From NCBI GenBank assembly GCA_013265495.1, contig MU058444.1, forward strand, positions 1,612,001-1,676,000: a stretch of 64,000 nt of DNA. Direction: 5' to 3'. Made by a program: the position numbers and the translations under genes. Shown in pieces: positions 10,847-22,909 of this stretch (positions are counted from its first letter, which is position 1; each line of letters begins with the position of its first letter). The stretch is from Vicugna vicugna (taxonomy: Eukaryota). The notes under the pieces are model-generated. The model was given only the letters and a program-made list of their open reading frames with translations, searched no databases and was not told where the DNA came from.

Positions 10847-13800
10847 GTAAGGCCACGGGGCTGGCCAGGGGCAGCCCTGAGACCAAAATATCCAGGACAG
10901 ACTCAGGGGTCCAGGCACATCTCAGACCTCATGTTTCTGGAATTTAACAAAATATTCTGAATGGACTTTGCAAGAGCAGCAGTAGTGAGACAGTCCTGCT
11001 TATGGATGTGCTTTCTCACAAGCTGTGACCACCAGAGCTAGTGGTTTGCCTGCATTGTTACCACACCTGTGGAGAAGCCAGTCTTGCAAAGTAGCAGAAT
11101 GGACAAAGAGGCGTTGTCACTGAACAGGAACAGAGTCTTGAGGAAGAGGTGTGGGTGAGCCTGAAGGAGGAATTGCAAAACTGACAGATATGAGGGAGAG
11201 ATGGTTGAGTCAGTATCAGGGCGGCACCATTTAGAGATGGAGAGCAGCTAGAGATCTGGGTGGCCCTGGGACCTACATTTTCCAGGTGTGTGATGGGTGA
11301 TTGTTTAATGCATTCAACCAGCCTGCTTGTGCATGGAAATCCTCCGTGGGCCGTTAATTGTTGTCATCGGTCATTGTTTAATCTCAAGATAGACGTCTGT
11401 CTGTAACAAACTGTATAGTTCTCATTACGGTAACCTCAAAGCCAAGCAATCAGAAAAACCAGGCTTTTTGCAGTGTCTGCGTGTGCATTCGTGGGAGGCG
11501 TCACCACCCTGCTCCCAAGCATCTCTCCTTCCTAGAAACAGCCATATGTGAGGAGCTAGTGGAATGTACACAGTGTGATGTAAAGCTGCAAGTTAACTGG
11601 TAAAGAACTTCAGAAGGGGGATGTATAGGTGTGAATTAGGAGGTGGAATAATCTCTCATCCATAGAGCAGGGAGTTGTCATATGTAATGGAAGAAATAGC
11701 GGGATTTGGGTAGATGGAAAGGGAAGAACATTCTCTGAAGATGAAAGATGGGGCAAAGATGGATGTGGGCTGGGGAGGTGCTTGGGGCAGAGCAGGAAGG
11801 AGGCGGGTGGGGTACAGCCTGGCCCAGGGATGCCCTGGAGGGAGCTCAGACTTTTTAGAGGCAGAACCAACTATTCGTTTCCCAGGTTCTGTCACTGAAG
11901 ACACTGCAAGTCTGTTACTTCTGTGCTTGCAGAGTTAGAAGGTAACAGGATCTGGGTGGAGGTGGCATTTGGGACAGGAAGTGGTTCCTCCACTACAGAG
12001 AGACTGTGGCCCTTGGGGAGGATGTCAGGACAGGAGAGTTACTTCCATGGGCTTGGAGACCTGGACGGTGGCACAGAAACTCCAAGTAGGCAGAAAGGGG
12101 CCACCTCTGCAGCCCCCGGGACCACCGATGACACAGTGGCCGGGGAGGGATGAGGAGGAGTCCAGCATCAGTGACCAGTGCCTCCAGCATTTCCGCTGTC
12201 CTTGGCTCAGACACTTGCTAGGGCATTTAGGGCAGAGTAGGGAAATGAGATTTCAGAGAACTTTGTGTGACGTCCATATTCACAACTTACAGACAAAAAG
12301 CCCCTCGAGCATCACTTGCTCAGAATGCTGGATACATCCTAGAAAGAAATAAAATAACTAGAGAAAAGCCATGGAGGATGTCTTATGTTTCAAATAATCC
12401 CACCAACCAGTCCTGTGAGGCCAGGAGAGGCTGGTTAGCCCATTGTGGTCGCCAGGGAACAGCCCTGTCCACAGTGTGCCCTTGGCAGTGCAGAGAGCCC
12501 CATCCTGCAAGGCCCTCAGCCCCACCCCTCTACCTGAGCTGCTCCAACCCTTGCCTGTGCTCAGCAGGAGGTCCAGACCCCACCAGTCCTTCACACCTGC
12601 TCTCCTAGAGACCTTCCCAAAACCCCTGGGCAATTATCTGAGTTCTGTTAAATCCCGAATTCAGGGAGTGGGCGTCCTTGTTACGTAACCTTCAGCGTTT
12701 CAGAAAAACTATGTTCATTTCTATAAAGGTGCCCAAGGTTGTTCCATTACGTGGTGCAAGGCTGAGCCTTACCCCATTTGGCTCAGGGCTGACATGGCGG
12801 TGGGGGCATTTGTGTAGGAAAGCAGGGCCACAGGGCTGGCAGCCTACCAGGGTCCGGATCGGGCCACTGGGGCACTGCCAGACGTGTGATTTCAGCAGCC
12901 AGCACCACACTGAGGGGACACGAGGGACAGCCTGCAGCCTGCAGCCTGGCAAGGGGCACAGTGCAGCTCACAGCAAGGGGATACTAGCCCCAAAGATGGT
13001 ACAGAGAAGACCCTGCAGAGAAGAGACACATCCTGGTGGTCAGGAAGACATGGCCTGGCAAAGCTGCCCTCCTCTGAGGTCCTTGTGCAAACGCGGCACT
13101 CACGCCCACCATCCACCTGTCCTCGAGAGCATCCCTGCCTCCACCAAGGTGGGACACATGGAGTTCTATTACTAGGAAAGAATCCAGGTTTTGTCCCTGA
13201 AAAGCTGAGAACACACAGCAAGAGGGCATCAAGAAGTGGGGGTGGCAGGGACGTGGGGCCCCAGCCAGTGGGTGATGTACCGAGGGCCATGGGAACAGAG
13301 TGTCTCACGGTGTAGGAGGTGTTTATAAATGTGGAAGGAGGAAGGCTTAGGAAAAGGATTGGGATTGGAGGTGTGGTAGTTACACAGTATGTACCCAGAG
13401 ACTTAAAAACATCTGTGTACATGAGCTGGTTCTGTGCTGAACAGGCCTAGAAGGGCAGATATGCTGGTAGCAATGAGCACACAGATAAGTCTCCAGTATC
13501 ATCCTCTCCTGAAGGAGCCGGGCTCTTTAGGGAAACGTCTGACTCCGGGGCTGGGCAGGAGCCATGCAGCATGAAATCTCTCTTATGCCAGAAAGCAGGG
13601 AGGCCCCCCCGTGAACCACGGGGCCTGTCCAGACGGCACGGGGCTCCCACACCATATCTGGGACAACGTGAGCATCAACGTAACTTCTAGTCAGTTACAA
13701 CCTGTTGAATAAAAACTCGAGTGCATATTAATACAAAGAAAGAAAAGGCAGGAAGAAAAGGCTCTTGCAGAACGCCAGTGAATAAGGGAGTGACACCTGG

Positions 13801-14461
13801 TGGTACCCGTGAGGTGCTCCTGAGGCTGCCCGGCGGGGGTGTGCTGAGGAACAAGGTGTAAGGGTTCTCCTCGTTCTCGTTACCAGGGAGGAATGGTCAG
13901 TTTAAAGGGAGAAACAGAGACAGCTGCCTGTCCAGGTGATCCAGGTTAACGTCATCCAGTCCACGCGGAGCAGGCCAGCCTGGGTGTCTCCTGGTATGGA
14001 AGGCGCTCTTCCTGGGTCTGGTCACAAAGGACCGTGGAAGCCCTGGGTCTGTCCAGGGCGTGAAGATGGGAAAATCGAGGTGCTGCCCCGGGTGGGAGGG
14101 GCTGAAGAGCCGTGGCCCTGACCACATACCCCGCGTGGGGTCTGGGTTGGACAGGGTCCCAGCCAGTGTTGCTTCCCTGATGAGAGGGTCCTCAGGGTGG
14201 ATTTAGGGCGGTGGGCACTGGCTGTGCAGCGGGAGCTGGAGCGGAGGTGGGGGTGCAGGCCTGGAGCGGGCACACTGGGCTGCTCGCAAGTTGGGGGGGC
14301 CTGGAGGGCTTTGTGTGTTCCTGCCGTTTTCTTCCTCGTTTGAAATTATCTCAGAATATTTCATTTTTTGAAAAGCAGATTGTGACTTGATCACCAGCGT
14401 TCCTTGCGGACCTGGTGGTCAGGACCGTGTTGGATTTGGGGTCTCCTTTGTGTATCTGCAG

Positions 14462-14582
14462 GTGGTGCCCATCCTTCCGCATGCGGTGCGGCATTTGCCA
14501 GCAAGGGCGTCATCTACGAGACCTTCCCCGGCGCAACCTGCCATCCTGCAGGACTCGCATCCACGCCATCGTCAACAACCAG
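14462..14582 (+). pseudogene. OGDH: OGDH pseudo-exon (about exon 10; thiamine-diphosphate-binding motif region)
   Basis: cag|VVPILPH/AAFASKGVIYETF/..LPS..IHAIVNNQ|gtaac versus OGDH [43 protein letters not shown]. 121 nt, several deletions. Confidence 0.9.
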
Positions 14583-14931
14583 GTAACCCAGGCTCCGGGC
14601 GGGCTCTGGGGTCTTGCAGCAGAGAGGCCACAGCGCCAAGTAGACTGTCCTGAGGCTTCTCTGCTCACATCCGTCGTACTTAGAGTGGCACGCTGTTATT
14701 TAGATGCTTGTTGTTTGTCGATTAATAGCTTGGACAACACAGGAAACTTTTCTCTAAAGTGGAGAGATTTTAATTACACTATTTGAGATCATGATGTTAT
14801 TTTAGAAATGTTCACAAGCATATAGATAGCTCTTCTTTTTTAAGACACCAGGATTCTACATACACAGTTTTATATCCATTTCTTATTTACCATAGCATTT
14901 TTTCAGGTCATCATATAGTCTTAAAATATTT

Positions 14932-15044
14932 GGAGGGGGGCAGGTAATTAGGTATTTATTCATTTATATGGAGGTACTGGGGATTGAACCCAGGACCTCG
15001 TGCATGTTAACCACAAGCTCTACCTGACCTATATTCTTCCCCCG
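14932..15044 (-). mobile_element. tRNA-derived SINE (camelid Vic-1-like)
   Basis: Reverse complement of ...GAGGTCCTGGGTTCAATCCCCAGTACCTCC...CCTAATTACC. TSD cttaaaatattt at 14920-14931 and 15045-15056. Confidence 0.88.
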
Positions 15045-16114
15045 CTTAAAATATTTTAATGGAAATATCCATTATAGATTGTTTCATAAAACAAGATACT
15101 GCTCTATTGTTAGACTTTTAAGATTCTCATTTTTCACTGTTTCAAATAATGTGTGATGAACATTCTTGTATTTCTGCTCAACTCAAACATTTTACTGTTA
15201 CGTGTGTTATTTCCTGTGCCACGTATCCAAAGGTGCATCTCAGCAACTCTGAACTTTCATGTAGCAGATACTCGAGTGCCTTTAAGTACAAGCACCGCGT
15301 TAGGCACAGAAAGGGTGTGCTCCCTGCCATCACAGAGCTTGCAGTTCAGTGCGACGGGCCGGGGCCTACCAGGTATTGGGTTAGGAAGCAGGTGTTTCTC
15401 TGAGGATTTAACCTTTAAGTGGAAACTCAAGGTCAAACAGGGAAGAGCTGGGGAGCAGAGGAGCAAGTCAGGGAAGGGGTCCTCTGTCCAAGGGAGGGGG
15501 CGAGGCCATCACACCTGAAATTTGTTTTTTGCGAGAGAAAGCGGCCATCGGCCAGTTTCTGCAAGGGCCCCAAGGAAAGAGGGTCTTACATCCAGTGCGC
15601 TGAGAGGCCATGGGAGGAACGAAGCAAGGAAGGGACCAGAGACTGCTCGTTTGTAATAATGGTTTGTTGCTACGTGCAGAGGAGCTAAATGAAGACAAAG
15701 AAATAGTTGCAGCTGTCCTAGCAAAGAATAGAGGGGAAGAAGGGAAATTTTAAATGTGATAGTAAACATGGTGGTCAGTATGTAGGAAATGCCAAAGAGC
15801 TGAAAATGTACAAGGCTTGACACAAAAAGGGGCGAAGAACACTGAGTATGAATAAAACACACAACATGATAACAGCTGCCGTTCATGGAGGGCCTGCTCT
15901 GTTCCAGACACTGAATTAGGCCCTGCACATACATTCACTTAATGTTACCATGCAGTCGGTGCTGTCATTCCCTGTTTACACAAGAGAGAATGGAGCAGAG
16001 AGAGTGAAAAACTTGCTTGAAAGTCGTTATTTGATCTGCTTTCTTTCATAGAACAGTACCAGGAAGAATTTTGAAAAAATGTCAAGGAAAGAGGAAAGTC
16101 TAAAAAACAAGCAA

Positions 16115-16220
16115 GGATGGGGGATGTAAGTCAGTGGTAGAGTGCGTGCTTAGCATGCATGAGGTCCTGCGTTCAATCCCCAGTCTCTCCACTTAAAAAA
16201 AAATTCAAACGAACAAAAAA
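16115..16220 (+). mobile_element. tRNA-derived SINE (Vic-1-like)
   Basis: A-box TCAGTGGTAGAG, B-box GTTCAATCCC, A-rich tail. Confidence 0.85.
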
Positions 16221-16976
16221 CACCATCACTGAACTGTGTTTTAAACAGATTACCAAGAACAGAGTACTTCCTACTTTTGGGTAGGGGCTGAAGTGCTAAC
16301 AGGAGTGGTCTTCAATCCGGAAAAAGTGCATCAAGAATCATTCAGAGACATTGGAAGCCTAAGATACAGGGGTGTTGTTTGTTTTGTTTTGTTTTGTTTT
16401 TCTTTTCAGAAAAAAATGTTTCCATGGGAGGACCCACTTGGTAATCTCTTACAAATCCTGGCAAGTAGAAGAAATGCCAAAGGACTTTAAAATTTTGGTT
16501 TAAAGGAATAAAAAGGAATAAAAAAACAGTTCTAGTCCCTGGGAAAAGACCTGAATAGATTCCCAGCTTAGAGGAGGGACGTGTCTCTGTTGTGGAGTGC
16601 CACCCAGGCCCTTGGCTAACTCCTTTCTTACACCTTTCTCCTTTATTACGTAGTCTAGGCGCGCGGCCCGGAAATATGATGTGGACAGTGGTGTAGCCGT
16701 GTGGCTTCTTACCTACTTCAGCAAGCCCGCTCGGAAAGCTCTGCTTCGTGGGTTGGTGGAAGCCACACGTGGTTCTCGCTGCCGCCCTGACAGGTCCAGC
16801 GCTTTATCAGCGACAGGTGGAGGCGCAGAGCTTAGGAGAAGAGCTCCTTGAACTCAGAATCAGGGTTCAAAGTTTTGAAGGTTGAGGCATAAACAGCAAG
16901 GGTTAAGTCGAGAGACAAATACTGAACATTAAATTTTTATTAGCTTTTTTATTGTTGTAATTTACATAAGGTACCA

Positions 16977-19375
16977 TTCTTTTTTTTTAATTGAAGTGTG
17001 GTCAGTTACAACATGCCAGTTTCTGGCATACACCATCACGTCCCAGTCATGCATATATATATACGTAGATTCATTTTCATATTTTTTTCATTAAAGGTTA
17101 TAGCACTGGATTTACCCGTTTTGTTGTGTCGTTCTCTCAGCTTTGACAAATTCATGCAGTCATGTGACTGTCATCAGGCTATGAGTTGAATCACTCCAGG
17201 AAGCACTCCTGTTGTAGCCCAGCCCCAGGCAAGCGCTACGATTCTGCACTTTCCAGAACGGCTTTATTCGACATTGCCCCTTTGAGTCTAGCTGCCTTCC
17301 TTCAGTGTAACCCGCCCGACATTCGTCCATGGGCTTGTGTGTTTGTTCCTTGTGATTGCTGTGCAGTGTTTGGTGGTGTGGTTGTGCCATAGTTTGCTTA
17401 TCCATTCATCTGTTGAAGGGAATCTGGATCGTTTCCAGCTTTTGGCAATTATGATTAAAGCTACTGCAAACACTCACATACTGATTTGGGTGTGGACATC
17501 AGTTTTTCTTACTCTTTGTAAATACCTAGGAGTGGAATTACTGGGGTATATAACCAGTGTGAAATATATCTCACGTGGCCTACTCTGTGTTTCCCTGAAG
17601 GAAATTGCGGGCTGTGGGTTTTTCGCTTTCTTGATACTGCCTTTTGAAGCACTGAAGTCGGGGGTTTATTTTGGTTTTGTTTTTACTTCTGTGTTTTCCT
17701 CTAAGAGTTTAGGTTTTTAGTTCTTCCATCGATGATCCATTTTGAGTTAACTTTTGTGTGTGACGCAGGGAAGGGGCCCAGCTTCATTCTTTTGCACCTG
17801 GATACCAGCTGTCCCTGCATCTGTTGTGGAAAAGATCTTTTTCCCCCCAAATTGACTTGGCCTCATTTAGTTTCTTGAATGTGTAGATTTGTATCTTTTG
17901 ACAAATTGGGGGAATTTTCAGGCACCATTTCTTTTTTTTTTTTCTTTTTAACCATCTTCACTCCTTCTTCCTGTCTCCTCACCCCCCACGTCTGGCAGCC
18001 ATCAGTCTGTTTTCTGTGTCTATGACTTTGGGGTTTGTTCTGTTTTATTTTCAATTTCACATGTAAATGAAATCATACAGTATTTGTCTTTCTCTGTCTG
18101 ACTTATTTCACTAAGTGTAATGCTCTCAAGTTCCAACCAAGTTGTCACAAATGAGAGAATTTCCTTCTTTTTTATGGATGGATAATATTCCATATATATA
18201 TTCCATATATATATGTATATATATACCACATTTTCTTTATCCATTTGTCCATTGTGGACAGTTAGGTTAACCTGTTTCCGTGTCTTGACCACTGTGAAAA
18301 TGCTGCAGTGAACATGGCAGTGCAGACATCCTTTTGAGATAGTGGTTTTGTTTTCCTTCCAATAAATACCCAGAAGTGGAAATCCTGGACTATATGATAT
18401 TTCTATTTTTAATTTTTTGAGGAACCTCCACACTGTCTTCCCTAGGGGCTGCACCAGTTTGCATTCCCACCAACAGTGCAGTTCCCTTGTCTCCACATCC
18501 TCCTCAACACTTGTTGTCTCCTGTCTTTTTGGTCATAGGTGTCCTAACAGGTGTAAGGCCACAGCTCACTGTGGCTCTGATCTGCACTTCCCTGACAATT
18601 AGTGATGTTGAGGACCTTTCCATGTACCTGCTGGCCGTCTGTGTGTCTTCTTTAGAAAAATGTATATTCAGATTCTCTGCTCATTTTTCAATCAGATTTT
18701 TTTCTATTGAGTTGTATGAGGTATTTACATTATGTTAGATATTAGTGCTTTATCAGATACATGATTTGCAGATGTTTTCTCCCATCTGGAAGGTTGCCTT
18801 TTCATTTTGTTGATGGTATCCTTTGCTGTGCAGAAGTTTTTTAGTTTGTTGTAATCTTAGTGTCTGCAAATCTCGAACTCCCAATTTATCTCTTCCTGTA
18901 CCCCTTCTCCGCTGGTAACCATAGGTTTGTTTTCTATGTCTATGAGTCTGTTTCTGTTTTGTAAGTTCATTTGTGTCTTTTCTCTTAGATTCCACATATA
19001 AGTGGTATCATACGAATACCATACTGTTTTGATTATGATACAGCTTTGTAATATAGTTTGAAATCAGGAGGTGTGATGCCTCCAGCTTTGTTTTTCTTTC
19101 TCGAGGGTGCTTTGGCTGTTGGAGGTCTTTGGTGGTTCCATACAAATTTTAGGACTATTTGTTCTATTTCTGTGAAAAATGCCATGGGAATTCTGGTCAA
19201 GATTGCATCAAATCTGTTGATTGCTTTGAGTAGTAATGACATTTTAACAGTATTAATTTTGCCAATCCATGAACACAGAATATCTTTACATTTATTTGTG
19301 TCATCTTCAATTTTTTTAATCAAAATATTATAATTTTCAGTGTACATATCCTTCACCTCTTTGGTTAAAATTTAG
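16977..19375 (-). mobile_element. Cluster of L1 3' fragments (3' UTRs, ORF2 C-terminal part; nested pieces of different ages)
   Basis: ORF2-like ORFs 18020-18496 ([23 protein letters not shown]) and 19033-19356 ([21 protein letters not shown]...PDFKLYYKA). Poly-T starts at 16977 and 17931. Confidence 0.9.
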
Positions 19376-19379
19376 TCCT

Positions 19380-21050
19380 ACAGACATTATTTGTTCAGCC
19401 CTAACTTCTCTTTCCTTTTAGGACTCTGTAACAGAAATGTTAGATATTTTGTTACAGCCCCACATTTCCTGAAACTTTGTTCATACTTGTTTAATTTGGA
19501 GGGGAGGGTGGTAATTAGGTTTGTTTATTTATTTCTTTAATGGAGCTGCTGGGGATTGAACCCAGGGCCTCCTGCATACTGAGCACTGAGCATGCACTCT
19601 GCTTCTGAGCCATTCCTGCCCCCTGTTCATGTTTTTTTAGAGTCGGTGATTTCTATTCCATCTTTAAGTTCACTGAGTCTTTTCTTTCTTCTCTCTATTC
19701 TGCTGTAGAGCACTTCCATTCAGGGTTTTTTTTTTTTTCCTATGTTTTTAATTTTTCAGTTCTTAAATTTCCATTTGGTTCTTCTAATATCTTCTATATT
19801 TTTCTGAGTTCTCATTTTTTCATATGTTTCAGGCATGTTCATAACTTTTATTGAAATACTTTATGATTCTACTTTGAGTCTTTCTCAGATAATTCTAAAA
19901 TCTGTCATCTCAGTGTCAACTTCTAAATGATTGCTTTTTTTCTCATTCAGGCTGAGATTTTTCTGTGATTTTTGAATGAACCTGGACATTTTGGGCATGA
20001 GACTCAGAATCTTCTGTTACAACAGGTGTCCTATGGACATCTCAGGTGAGGGTGGGAGTCCAGGTTCCCCACCCTAGGTCTGTTGATACCAGTTGATACT
20101 GGGGGGTGGGGGGGGTGAGACAAGGGTGCTTTCTTACCACTCCCTGCATGACCTCCACTGACACCAGGGATGGGGTGGGTACCTAATTACCATCAGCCTA
20201 GGCTCCTCCTGGGCCCTGCTGGGATGGGTGGGGTGGACCACAGTGTGCCCTGTGGGGTTGGCTGCAGCCGAATGATTATCGCATACAAGTCTGGACTGCT
20301 CAGCAGCCTGTCCCTGGTCCTCTGGTCAGAGAGAGCCACTCTCGTAGGAACTGCTCCCGGTCTATGCCTGTTGGCGTTTCTGCGTTGCCCACTCCTCCAG
20401 AGCTAACTCTGGGATATATGAGGAAAAAGAGAGCCCCAGGAACTATCACGGTCATTCCTCGGGGCCTGAGGTCCCTGGCTGATCTGCCTCCTTCTCTCTG
20501 CCTTCCGAGTTTATGTTTGTTTTGTGTATATAAGACCCTGGGGTTTTAATTGTACTGAGCAGGAGAAATAGGAAAAAGTTCGTCTACTCCATCTTCCAGA
20601 AGTGGTAGTCCCTACGAGAACTTTTTCTTAAGTGTAAATTCCTTTTCTTTAGTAAATATAAGATGAACCAAGTTATCTGATTCTTCTGGAGGGAGCTCTG
20701 TTAGTCTCTGTCTTGCATGGAATTTGTTCATTTCACTGAAGTTGTGAAATTTGTGGGCATGATGTTTACAGTGTTCTCTTACTAGGGTCTGCTGTGGTAG
20801 CCCTTCTCTGACTCTTGATACTGGTAATTTGTGTCTTTTTTATTCTTCATTAAATAGATTTTTTGTTGTTTTCAAAGGAGCAGATGTGGTTTCATTGTGT
20901 TTTCTCTACTGTTTTCCTGTTTTCTATTTCGTTGCTTTTTGCTCTTTGTTATTCCTTTCCTTCTACTTGCTTTGGGTTTAATTTTGTCTTCTCTTTGTAA
21001 TTTCTTAGATCATTGATTTGAAACTTTCCTTTTGGCAACATAAACATTTA
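19380..21050 (-). mobile_element. Old degraded L1 fragments (ORF1/5' region-like and ORF2-like), interrupted by a SINE
   Basis: T-rich sequence with L1 antisense motifs (tcttaaatttccatttggttctt, attcctttccttctacttgctttggg). Confidence 0.55.
19497..19623 (-). mobile_element. tRNA-derived SINE (Vic-1-like)
   Basis: ggtaattaggtttgtttattt...ggggattgaacccagg, flanked by tgttcat repeats. Confidence 0.85.
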
Positions 21051-21519
21051 ATAATGTTTCGATTGAAGAATCTCATTACACAAATACAGTACAGGTAAGC
21101 CTTTGGTTTGTCAAACTTCTTGTGATAGAAAGTCAAGCATTTTGACTGACTGTGAGATCGTGTCCAGAGTGTCTTAGGATAGCATGATGTCTGGAAACTA
21201 CCCTACAAGGAATGACTCAGGAAGACGTGTAGCCTAGGAGATAGAAGACTCCTAGAAGCATGAGAGCTGTTTTCAAATAAATGAATGAGTCACTAGCAAG
21301 GAATGTGATGGGCGGAGTCTGCAACCATGGGTAGCAATTACCAAGAAGCAGATTTCAGTTGGGTAAAAAGAACTTGCAACAATCAGACCTGTTCCATCCG
21401 GGGACCAGCTGCGGGACTGAAGCAGACAGGACTCCCAACAGGATAAACTAAGGCAGTGTGGTATCAGCCTAAGGGCAAACATACACATCAATGGAACATT
21501 TATGATCAATCAATTTTTG

Positions 21520-22645
21520 ACATATTTGCCAGTTACTCAACAGGGAAATGACACATCTTGAATCTTGCTGACCACTGCACAACACTTATTCAAAATAGAT
21601 CATAGACCTGCCTGAACATCAAAGCTAGAAAATATGGAAGCTTATAGACCTGCATCGTCCAGTATAGTAGCCACTAGACACATGTGGCTCTTCAAATATA
21701 GATAAATTCAAATTAAATTAAAAATTCAGTTCCTCAGCTTCCCTAGCTACATTTCAAATGCCAGTATCTGTGTGTGGCTACTGGCTACAGATACAGAAGT
21801 TTTCCACCACTGCAGAATTTCTGTTGGATGATGCTATCCCAGTAGAAAAGAAAGGAAAAAAAATCTATAAGATCTTAGGGTAGGCAAAGGTTTTTCAGAT
21901 AAAACACAAAGTACAGAGACTATGTTAAAAAAATAGAAAAATTGTACTTCATCAAATTTTTAAAGTTTTGCTCTTTGAAAGAATATATTAAGAAAATTAA
22001 ATGCAAGCCACAGACTTGAAGAAAATATTTGCAATACATAACAAAGGACTTGTATTCAGAAAATACAGTTGCTTATAAAGTTAAGAGTACGCTTACAGTC
22101 TAATCCAGTAACTCTACTCCTGCTACCCAAGAGAAATGGAAACATCTCTATACAGACTTGTAAATGAGCGTTCACTGCGGTGGCGTTCAGTGTCGTTCTG
22201 CACTGGAAATAACCCAGCTTCCTCTAAACAGGTGAATGAATTATCAAAATGATACAGAGTCATACAACGGAATACTATTCACCAACAAAAAAGGAATAAA
22301 CTATTGGTAGACAGAACATCCTGAATGAATCTCAGAAACATTATACAGAATGAAAGAAGCCAGGAACAAAAGGCTAGATAGTGTATGACTCCATTTATAT
22401 GGCACCCTGGAAGAGAAGATTCTAATCTGTAGTGATTAGCAGACTAGAGGTTACTACAGCTGGACAAGGGGTTAATTATCTGGAGAAAGGCACAAGAAAA
22501 TGTTATGAGGCCATGAAAATATTCTATAGCTTAATTGTGGTGATGGTTTCACAGTCACATACATTCGTCAAAACCTATCAAAATATATACTTAAAAATGG
22601 ATGATGCATTTTATTGTGTGTAAATTATACCTCAGTTAAATTTTT
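21520..22645 (+). mobile_element. Old L1M 3' end (ORF2 end plus 3' UTR)
   Basis: acttcatcaaa...aagccacagacttgaagaaaatatttgcaa and gaatactattca...aaattatacctca, typical L1MB/MC 3' motifs. Confidence 0.75.
21648..21842. mobile_element. hAT-Charlie DNA transposon relic (MER3/MER33-like) nested in L1
   Basis: gtccagtatagtagccactagacacatgtggct...aaattcagttcctcag...acatttcaaatg...gtggctactggctac...ctgttgga. Confidence 0.7.
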
Positions 22646-22764
22646 TAAGTTAGCCTATTTACTGAATATATACAGTAAACAAAGTCAAGCTTTAGCTTAT
22701 ATTTTGGACTTTAGGAAGAAAAGGAGAGAAAGAGAAAGACAAGAGATAGGAAACTAGAATACAG

Positions 22765-22909
22765 GGGGAAGGGTACATAGCTCAGTAGTAGAGGGCGTGC
22801 TTAGCGTGCATGAGATCCTGGGTTCAATCCCCAGTACCTCCATTAAATAAAAAGTAAATAAATAAACCTAATTACCCCCCCTAAAAAATAAAGTAAAAAC
22901 AATTAAAAA
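22765..22909 (+). mobile_element. tRNA-derived SINE (Vic-1-like)
   Basis: TAGCTCAGTAGTAGAG...GGGTTCAATCCCCAGTACCTCC...AAACCTAATTACCCCC. TSD tagaatacag at 22755 and 22910. Confidence 0.9.

Larger units (their letters stand above)
8764..14582 (+). pseudogene. OGDH: Unprocessed (intron-containing) partial pseudogene of 2-oxoglutarate dehydrogenase E1, five consecutive exons (about human exons 6-10)
   Basis: Frame-corrected translation follows OGDH MAYCQHIGVEF...EKRFGLEGCE...[45 protein letters not shown]...[17 protein letters not shown]...GIVYETF...VNNQ, with exon breaks at the OGDH positions. Diagnostic residues (MAYCQH, FEEFL, ELEQ, FDSK, FYCGDT) fit OGDH rather than OGDHL. Multiple stops and indels. 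Confidence 0.93.

Noticed and set aside
12030..12075. YFHGLGDLD similar to OGDH exon 5 (FYGLDESDLD)
   Set aside because: Out of order (after the exon 9 copy), and similarity does not extend.
16115..16195. tRNA-like sequence with A and B boxes
   Set aside because: Head of a SINE with an A-tail and five other copies in the window; not a tRNA gene.
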